Below, one piece after another: positions 24,012 through 30,273 of a stretch of DNA of 30,273 nucleotides (position 1 is its first letter; each line of letters opens with the position of its first letter). The position numbers and the translations under genes are program-made. The notes beneath the pieces are model-generated. The model had not been told where the DNA came from, did not search any database, and was given only the letters and a program-made list of their open reading frames with translations. The stretch covers positions 1 to 30,273 of IMG/VR virus record IMGVR_UViG_3300048598_000461; one strand, 5' to 3'. Origin of the DNA: a virus (lineage: Duplodnaviria > Caudoviricetes).

Positions 24012-24986
24012 TCATTCCACACCTCTTAAAAATTCTTTCAATCCTTTGCCGTGTGATTCGCTCCATTCAAATGGCAGGCGAATTATTCTTGTTTCCGCTG
24101 CGACTTCATGTATTTTATTGGCCGCTCTGACTGCCGCTCCTTCTTTACAGGTTTTTGTTCCAGTAGTTTTATTCGTTATCCATCCCCCAACTCCAGCAGC
24201 ATCCTCGTCCATTACGATATACACCTTTTTATCTTTAAAAAATGCAAGCCAGTCCGGTATCACTTCTTTACCATCTAAAATTGTGGGAGTTTCGCCGGTT
24301 CCATCATAAAAACAGCTTGCTCCCCCGCTACTGGCAGTTGCATAAAATCCGGCTTCGATGGCCGCTAGTGCGTCTTGCCAGCCCTCGGCGAAAATAACCT
24401 CTGATGGATTTTGTTCGGCAAGCCAACTTAGACCGAATAGACCGTGTATAGAGCCCCACCAGGATGGGTATTTATCCTCGTTACCATCGGCAAGTTTAAT
24501 TTTTTGACCGTCGATTCTTACTCTCAATATTCCACACGGATGTTTAATATCAACCGGCAGATATGATGGTATTAGTATTTCAGGCTGCCTCGTACTTGCA
24601 AAAGGATTGAATTTCTTAAGAGCGTCAAGGCTCAATCCTTTGACTTGGCACAATTGTTTTAACTCATCATCAGTTGCCGGACGTATATCGTCTTGACCTA
24701 TGTGTAATTTCTTAGGTTCTCTTTTTGTTGCAATGTCGGTTTTATCATCCGTGTCAAAACCGCATTGCTTTAAAATTTCGAAGATTTCCCTATCTTCCTT
24801 TTTTGTCATGAATCGAACAAGCGTGAAGTGATTGCCTTTTGCACATTCTTTCAAACATCGCCATGCACCGGATTTGCTATTAATTCGTAAATGGTCCGTG
24901 CCGCAGACGGGGCAAATGCATTTGTATTCGTCACCCTCCATGCCGAGGATGTTAATATTTAGATATTCAAGAAGTCTTTTAATCAT
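24012..24986 (-). CDS. DNA primase (Zn finger + TOPRIM)
   Basis: CPVC...WRCLKEC zinc finger; FAEGWQDALA and IVMDEDAAG TOPRIM motifs. Confidence 0.88.
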   Translation of the reverse strand: MIKRLLEYLNINILGMEGDEYKCICPVCGTDHLRINSKSGAWRCLKECAKGNHFTLVRFMTKKEDREIFEILKQCGFDTDDKTDIATKREPKKLHIGQDDIRPATDDELKQLCQVKGLSLDALKKFNPFASTRQPEILIPSYLPVDIKHPCGILRVRIDGQKIKLADGNEDKYPSWWGSIHGLFGLSWLAEQNPSEVIFAEGWQDALAAIEAGFYATASSGGASCFYDGTGETPTILDGKEVIPDWLAFFKDKKVYIVMDEDAAGVGGWITNKTTGTKTCKEGAAVRAANKIHEVAAETRIIRLPFEWSESHGKGLKEFLRGVE

Positions 24987-25540
24987 AGGTTAGTACTTTT
25001 TGCTTGGAGATTGATTTTTGCTTGTGCCCACAAAAAAATCAGGGTATGGAGGGGAAGACTGCATCTTCCAGAACATTTGCAACCACATCCGCCAGAAATG
25101 CGGTCGTAATATATACCTTCAGGGTGACAGAAACCGAGAGTTTTAGATTTTGCGCAATGACCCAATACCGCTTCCTCCCAGAACCATTTTATTCCATCAT
25201 CTATGTAAGTTCCCTCCCTGAACCATCCAAAGCTTAAATCGTGATGGCAATCTTGTAGAAAGAATAAACTTTCTGGGAGAATCAGGCACTCTTTATCGCA
25301 GCCTGATTTTTCAATTTTGTTAGCGATATGCCATGGAAAAGAGAAAACACGTTCGACTGCAACATAAATGATGTCACTGCCATAGATCGCGAAAGTAGGA
25401 AGCCAGCATTTAAAGGTTCTCGGGTGATATTCCCATTGCCATTTTAGCAAATCAAAAAAGCACGCCCATGTTGCCTCCAAGCGGGAGTAAAATCGCATTC
25501 CTTTGTAAATAGTTTGTATTGATTGATAATTCTTTTTCAT
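24983..25540 (-). CDS. PD-(D/E)xK-like phage protein, possibly inactive
   Basis: TIYKGMRFYSRLEATWACFFD...WEYHP; start 25540 (ATGA overlap, GGAGG RBS). Confidence 0.65.
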   Translation of the reverse strand: MKKNYQSIQTIYKGMRFYSRLEATWACFFDLLKWQWEYHPRTFKCWLPTFAIYGSDIIYVAVERVFSFPWHIANKIEKSGCDKECLILPESLFFLQDCHHDLSFGWFREGTYIDDGIKWFWEEAVLGHCAKSKTLGFCHPEGIYYDRISGGCGCKCSGRCSLPLHTLIFLWAQAKINLQAKSTNL

Positions 25541-25755
25541 TCTGACCTCCAACTCTTTTTAAATGCATCAGGATCATTTTCGGGATCGCTGCGGACAGCG
25601 TTACCAACTCCGATATGTTTTGGATCGCAGAATTCACATCTGTTTTTGATGAACTTCTGGAGTCGCGCACGCGTTACCCGCATCGGCTCACCGCAGTCTA
25701 CGCAGAAATCTCTAAAGAATCGTGAACTGGGTATTGGCTGACCTCGTTTTTCCAT
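25537..25755 (-). CDS. Small CxxC...CxxC zinc-binding protein
   Basis: 72 aa, CVDC and CEFC; overlaps both neighbours. Confidence 0.65.
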   Translation of the reverse strand: MEKRGQPIPSSRFFRDFCVDCGEPMRVTRARLQKFIKNRCEFCDPKHIGVGNAVRSDPENDPDAFKKSWRSE

Positions 25756-25949
25756 TAGTGTCCCCCTGTCTGCGCCAGTATTTGTCCGGCGATTTCATCA
25801 ACACTGCCTTCAACGTAATAGCAGCTTGAATCTTCACCGACATTATTGACGGTATCGATGACACACTGGTTTTGCTTGCTAGTCGCGTATACACCAACAA
25901 TATAGTTTGGATTTACGTAGTATTTTCCTATCTTAATAAGTTTGAACAT
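25755..25949 (-). CDS. Hypothetical protein
   Basis: 64 aa, YVNPNYIVGV...VEGSVDEI; packed in the operon. Confidence 0.65.
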   Translation of the reverse strand: MFKLIKIGKYYVNPNYIVGVYATSKQNQCVIDTVNNVGEDSSCYYVEGSVDEIAGQILAQTGGH

Positions 25950-25952
25950 TGC

Positions 25953-26231
25953 CTAAATCCTTTCGATAATATTTTTCACTTCTTCTAAAGAGGTAACGAT
26001 ATACACTTGTCCACCCGCATAAATAATGCGTTCTTTCTGTGCATCCTGGAGCTGCGTAGGTTTAGCACCCGTCCTTTTGACCTCAAAGCAAATGAATCGA
26101 CCTTTGAGACAACAAATGATGTCCGGTACCCCGCGTTCATTTGCCGTGATAATCTTAAATGGCCGGCACTGGGGAAGGTTTCTCAAGAACTTCAGTATTT
26201 CTTTTTGGATCTGTGCTTCTGATTTTGACAT
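25953..26231 (-). CDS. VRR-NUC domain nuclease
   Basis: EAQIQ...GVPDII...FEVK...PTQLQ...GG.VYIV.S. Confidence 0.9.
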   Translation of the reverse strand: MSKSEAQIQKEILKFLRNLPQCRPFKIITANERGVPDIICCLKGRFICFEVKRTGAKPTQLQDAQKERIIYAGGQVYIVTSLEEVKNIIERI

Positions 26232-27618
26232 TTGTTTTTTCCCTGGGAGATCTTAGATAATTTAAAATGCTGTTTGATAATTCCTGTTTCTTATGGACAG
26301 CACGATAGATAGCCTCATCAAGGGTTCTATGAGCGAGAATATAATAATAAGTGCAAGGCTTTATCTGACCGATTCGATGTGTACGATTAATGCTTTGTTC
26401 CGTAAGTTCATACGAGTAATTCATGGAGAAATAAACACTGTAGCAGCAGTTAGTAAATGTAAGGCCATGTGCACCTGATGCCGGATGCGCAATAAGATAT
26501 TGATATTTTCCAGATTTGAAATCACTGATTGTTTCTTCTCTGTCCAGCGTCCCGGACCATAAAGCGGCACTATCGGGCAGTTCTTTAAGTAAGAGCGAAA
26601 TTTCGTATTGAAAATTTGCCCAAATAATTACCTGATTGTTACCTATCTCTTCGAGCAGTTCTTTAAGTTCGTAGAGTTTGCTTGTCCCTGTTTTGATAAA
26701 GCCGCTATCAGTATAGGCAAATCCGCTTGTCAGTTGACGCAATTTCATTATTTCAACAACTGCGGAGCTTGCCAAAATCTGCTGACCAGCGTAGCGGAGA
26801 ACTAAATCGTTCTTTAACGTATCGTATGCATTTTGCTCTTCATCCGATAAATATACCTTGCGAACAATATGTATTTGCTGGGGCAAATCGACAGCATCTT
26901 CCTTTTTCACTATATGCGTAATTTCCGCCATTTTATCCATGAACTCTTTCTGCATGGATTTTTTGAATACCCACCTTTTACAAACAGGACTTATTGGAAT
27001 AGAACGGCAGTAATAACCTCTAAATGAATAAAAATTGTCAGAGAAAACTTTGTTGCCTGGTCCTGTGATAACCTTTATTTGTGGCCAATATTCAATTGGG
27101 TCGTTTGGTGCTGGTGTGCCTGATAATATGAAGCGCCGCGGTATTATCCAATCAGAATAATAACGTTTGCCATTCTTCGTCCGGCAATTTATGCCAGCAA
27201 GCGAAAGAAGTGCTCTGGTGATTTGGCTGTTATGCTGTTTCATCTTGCTGGATTCATCAACTACCAGGAGGCCAAAACGCTTTTTTACTATTTCAGGATA
27301 AAGATATTTAAACGTCTCAAAATTGGCTATATAGATATCATAGTCTTTTGCTAATCGTTTGCTGCGTTCATTGGGATTTTTACTCCAGAGCGATACTGCT
27401 GATAATTCAGGTGCGAATTTGGCAATGTCCTCAAGCCATGCACTTTCAATAATCGAAAGCGGCGCAACTACAAGGCAAGGTCCAACACCTTTTGCTTTCC
27501 AATGACGAATCAAATGGATCATCAGACAAGTCTTACCGGTTCCGCAGTCCCAAAAGAATGCACGGTTGGCGCGTCTGCCGATAGTTATTCCATCAATTTG
27601 ATGCTGATATAATTTCAT
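26155..27618 (-). CDS. SNF2-family helicase
   Basis: HQ, DCGTGKT, LVVAP, VVDESS, LSGTPAPN, KLRQL, HGLTF, QSINRTHRIGQ. Confidence 0.93.
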   Translation of the reverse strand: MKLYQHQIDGITIGRRANRAFFWDCGTGKTCLMIHLIRHWKAKGVGPCLVVAPLSIIESAWLEDIAKFAPELSAVSLWSKNPNERSKRLAKDYDIYIANFETFKYLYPEIVKKRFGLLVVDESSKMKQHNSQITRALLSLAGINCRTKNGKRYYSDWIIPRRFILSGTPAPNDPIEYWPQIKVITGPGNKVFSDNFYSFRGYYCRSIPISPVCKRWVFKKSMQKEFMDKMAEITHIVKKEDAVDLPQQIHIVRKVYLSDEEQNAYDTLKNDLVLRYAGQQILASSAVVEIMKLRQLTSGFAYTDSGFIKTGTSKLYELKELLEEIGNNQVIIWANFQYEISLLLKELPDSAALWSGTLDREETISDFKSGKYQYLIAHPASGAHGLTFTNCCYSVYFSMNYSYELTEQSINRTHRIGQIKPCTYYYILAHRTLDEAIYRAVHKKQELSNSILNYLRSPREKTNVKIRSTDPKRNTEVLEKPSPVPAI

Positions 27619-27637
27619 AGAAGTCCTTTCCTAAGAA

Positions 27638-27664
27638 TGCCCTTTAGTTTTGCGGCAAAGGGCA
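27638..27664 (-). terminator. Hairpin after the SSB-like gene (weak terminator or processing site)
   Basis: TGCCCTTT-11 nt-AAAGGGCA, followed by TTCTT on the minus strand. Confidence 0.45.
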
Positions 27665-27682
27665 AAATCCGCTCAATCTGCC

Positions 27683-28483
27683 TTAGATGGGACAATCGTC
27701 GGCTGCTGAACCTTCCTGCTGGGTACTTGATGATTGCGTTTCATTCTTTTCAGATGCGATATCAGATGCTATGCGGCCCAGATACGTTTGCTTGAACTGA
27801 CGGGTAAGAGCTGCAAGTTTATGAATCTCGGCCATATCTGCTGCATCATTGATATTTAGAACACGAATGGTTTCAAGACATAGTATGCTTGCACTAAATC
27901 CGCTTTCAAAATCCTTGCGTACTAGTTTGCATTTAACCTTTATGGGTTGATATGCTGTACCAACTCCCGCTTTTGAGGCGATATTTGGCGCAGAGGTAAG
28001 CCAACGCATAAGGGAATCTTTTTTCCCAAGTGATGACGGCGGCGCTTTAACCGCCGTTGGAAGAATATCGCCATCGAGGAGGAGATATAAACGTAAAGTG
28101 TTTGAGCAGGCTTTTCCTTTGCCATCATTGGCAGAGCCGAACTGATTGAGCAAACACTCTCTGCAGAACTTAGCCTGACGAAGATTGCCGCCATCGGGAG
28201 CAATACCATCTGACGAAAAGCAGTCGGGGATGAGATTTTCACCCTCACCGAACGCAGCTGAATAGTAGACGTTGCTATTAGTGTAATAAATAATGTGACC
28301 GATTAGTTCCTTCTGAAAGCTGCCATCTGGCATTTCGAACTGCGGACTTTCCCTCATGATCCGGGCCTGAGGAAGAGGAGCATCAATAGGCAATTGAACC
28401 GTCGATTGGCCGAACAGTTCGGCTATGTCGTTTTTCGTTGCCAATGGTTGATTCTGCTGATTTGTGATTTGATTACTTGTCAT
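27683..28483 (-). CDS. Putative ssDNA-binding/annealing protein
   Basis: Start MTSNQ (28483, GAAAGG RBS); CFSSDG...CREC..NQFGS...GKAC motif, PPSSL, acidic tail ADDCPI; sits in the replication module. Confidence 0.6.
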   Translation of the reverse strand: MTSNQITNQQNQPLATKNDIAELFGQSTVQLPIDAPLPQARIMRESPQFEMPDGSFQKELIGHIIYYTNSNVYYSAAFGEGENLIPDCFSSDGIAPDGGNLRQAKFCRECLLNQFGSANDGKGKACSNTLRLYLLLDGDILPTAVKAPPSSLGKKDSLMRWLTSAPNIASKAGVGTAYQPIKVKCKLVRKDFESGFSASILCLETIRVLNINDAADMAEIHKLAALTRQFKQTYLGRIASDIASEKNETQSSSTQQEGSAADDCPI

Positions 28484-28520
28484 TGTAAACCTTTCTTTAG
28501 GTAACTTTGTTTTTATGCCT

Positions 28521-29012
28521 CTAAATTTCCGTAGAGGGTTCGGTTTTCTGTAGATATTTCGATTTGCCAAACATCGTGATAGTTGGGGTATCGAGAGTAT
28601 TAAAAAGCTCATCAGGCAAGATATTGCCCTGCTCTTCAAAATCTTTTAGTGCTGCCTGAAGCGTAGTGAAATGAACATATGGTTTAATAATGCCGTCAAG
28701 ATCGTTTCTGCTAAGCCACTCAAATAGCATCTCATCACTTACGCCGGCTTGTTTAAAATACTTGCGGACAATCTTTGCCCTCGGTGCCAGACCGCCTTCA
28801 AGCCTTATGGACTCAATCCCTGCCTGTATTAAAAGCTGGGCTAGTTGCGTTTTGCATTGTTCCAGATTTTCTTTGCGGTTCTTAAGTACAGAATCGATTG
28901 CTTCAATTTGCGATTCTTCTCTAACTATAAAATCTGCAAGCTGAGCAGCTGTTTTTTCAACTGAAGCTGCATTAGTATTGAACATCGAATCGATTGTGTT
29001 TATATCTTCCAT
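28521..29012 (-). CDS. Conserved-looking phage coiled-coil protein
   Basis: 163 aa, AAGGAG RBS; N-terminal coiled coil then LFEWL..N.LDGIIK..VH..TL.A. Confidence 0.7.
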   Translation of the reverse strand: MEDINTIDSMFNTNAASVEKTAAQLADFIVREESQIEAIDSVLKNRKENLEQCKTQLAQLLIQAGIESIRLEGGLAPRAKIVRKYFKQAGVSDEMLFEWLSRNDLDGIIKPYVHFTTLQAALKDFEEQGNILPDELFNTLDTPTITMFGKSKYLQKTEPSTEI

Positions 29013-29049
29013 TTTATATGGCTCCTTTTCTGTTGTTTAAAAGTCATTT

Positions 29050-29433
29050 TCATATAGATGCCAACTCTTGCTTGGCATCTTGAAGGATTTTTGCGCGAAT
29101 AAGGATTATTTTTGCACTGTCTATCTCCCGCTGATGCTGTGGTGCTCTTTTAGTTGTTTTAATTCTGCGCCGTTTAGAGGAAAACGTCTTCGGTATGTCC
29201 CTGTTAAGCTGTGCTAACGCAATACAAAATCTTTGCAGACCTTCAATACTGGTAAATGTTTTGACTCCAACATTTATAAATTCCAGTTTAACTCCCCCAA
29301 GCCCCTGATGGCACCATCGCCATATCGTAGAAGGATGAACTTTCCTTTTAGTAATCTCTAAGAGTCGATTTGACGCTTCTGCCAAACAAATAATTTCTTC
29401 AGTGTTCCAATCAATCGCCATTGCTGATTCCAT
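29050..29433 (-). CDS. DUF1580-like HTH protein (excisionase/regulator-like)
   Basis: HPSTIWRWCHQGLGGVKLE...VG...FTSIEGLQRF. Confidence 0.8.
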   Translation of the reverse strand: MESAMAIDWNTEEIICLAEASNRLLEITKRKVHPSTIWRWCHQGLGGVKLEFINVGVKTFTSIEGLQRFCIALAQLNRDIPKTFSSKRRRIKTTKRAPQHQREIDSAKIILIRAKILQDAKQELASI

Positions 29434-29493
29434 TTTTTTCTATTTCAAATTTAGAAAATATTTATGGAGGCGATTCTAAACAGGCGGTCTTTC

Positions 29494-29618
29494 AGGAATC
29501 ATGTTGGAATCAATAATTTTTAAAAGTTTTTTGTGAAACTTAGTTTTTGCTGTGAAAATAAAGTTTTTGAGGAATAAAAGTTAAAATAATCTTTTTTTAG
29601 GAATCAACTTGGAATCAA
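29494..29618. repeat. Two 20-bp direct repeats, each a tandem GGAATC pair
   Basis: AGGAATCATGTTGGAATCAA (29494-29513) and AGGAATCAACTTGGAATCAA (29599-29618), 18/20 identical. Confidence 0.8.
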
Positions 29619-29647
29619 AAAACACTTTTTTATGATACTTGGCGCAT

Positions 29648-29675
29648 AAAAAAACCTCGGAAATGCTCCGAGGTT
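29648..29675 (-). terminator. Intrinsic terminator
   Basis: AACCTCGGA-5 nt-TCCGAGGTT perfect stem running into a T tract on the minus strand, just after the upstream gene's stop. Confidence 0.8.
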
Positions 29676-29697
29676 CTTAAATTAAAGATATAGTTCT

Positions 29698-30273
29698 TTA
29701 TTTTTTAGCTTTTTCTACTCTGAGTTTATCTAGCGCTTCCTGGATCTCCTTTTCCTTATCCCTTTTTTCCTTAAAAAGCAAAACGCTGGATTTCATGACA
29801 CGATGCTGTTTTCCAGTGCAGCCATTACTTTTTAAATATCCAAACTGGGCCAACTTACTAATTGTACCTCTCCCTATGCCGCCAATCAATTTAGCAGCTT
29901 CCTCGTTAGTGAGTTCTTCATCCTTAATAGGTGTGCCATATCCTAATTCGGCGAGTTTTGCAGGTATAACTTCCCATCTTTTAAAATGTTCCATTGGGAT
30001 TTCCACAGTATGAGATTCACGAGCACAAAAGAAAAGGCCCACAGTCTTGCCATCGGGATATGTAACGATATTAGGTTCAAGCGAGCAGTCTTCATCGCAT
30101 TCATGACATGTAATGTAAGTACCAGGCTGAGTTTCGATCAGAACGCCCATTTCAATAAGCTCCTGGAGCCTTCCTTTGGGCCATTGCCTGACCCATTCAT
30201 GACTTATAATATTGCCGCACCAGGCAATTTCACGCGTAAGAAAACGTAAAAAGTCTTCAAGTTTTTCCATCAT
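29698..30273 (-). CDS. Putative regulator with Cys cluster and C-terminal HTH (5' end may lie outside the window)
   Basis: CHECDEDC...C motif; LTNEEAAKLIGGIGRGTISKLAQFGYL excisionase-type HTH. Confidence 0.7.
   Translation of the reverse strand: MMEKLEDFLRFLTREIAWCGNIISHEWVRQWPKGRLQELIEMGVLIETQPGTYITCHECDEDCSLEPNIVTYPDGKTVGLFFCARESHTVEIPMEHFKRWEVIPAKLAELGYGTPIKDEELTNEEAAKLIGGIGRGTISKLAQFGYLKSNGCTGKQHRVMKSSVLLFKEKRDKEKEIQEALDKLRVEKAKK

Noticed and set aside
28484-28639. ORF-track 5' extensions (also 3351-3371, 4264-4335, 15761-15892, 21792-21878)
   Set aside because: They overlap upstream genes; downstream ATGs have an RBS or stop-start coupling.

Overview
The window is an internal 30-kb segment of a temperate, lambda-like (siphovirus-type) prophage or phage, almost all on the minus strand. 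A DUF1580-like HTH gene and the gene order suggest a Planctomycetota host (inference). In transcription order (right to left): regulator and DUF1580 gene; replication module (SSB-like protein, SNF2 helicase, VRR-NUC, Zn-finger/TOPRIM primase, D5/SF3 helicase, iteron-rich candidate origin); a lipoprotein; a cosQ-like site; ParB-DNA methyltransferase; an inverted five-gene island; terminase; a Zn-ribbon protein; an inserted catalase + Fic cassette; a late promoter with structured leader, terminator and an initiator-type tRNA-Met(CAT); then gpW-like, portal, protease-capsid fusion, head-tail and tail genes, ending in the tape measure and a truncated tail gene. No integrase, endolysin, CRISPR array or reverse transcriptase is visible. 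Main candidates for new biology: (1) a promoter-hairpin-terminator-tRNAfMet-like cassette whose 3' end lies 2 nt from the first structural start codon; (2) a phage-borne heme catalase paired with a Fic gene; (3) a 10-bp-phased array of 6-7 20-bp repeats over the Fic promoter; (4) a -1 frameshift site for the tail chaperone; (5) a unimolecular-spanin-like lipoprotein; (6) a 477-codon antisense ORF spanning the inverted island. All family calls are from motif recognition by eye, not database searches.
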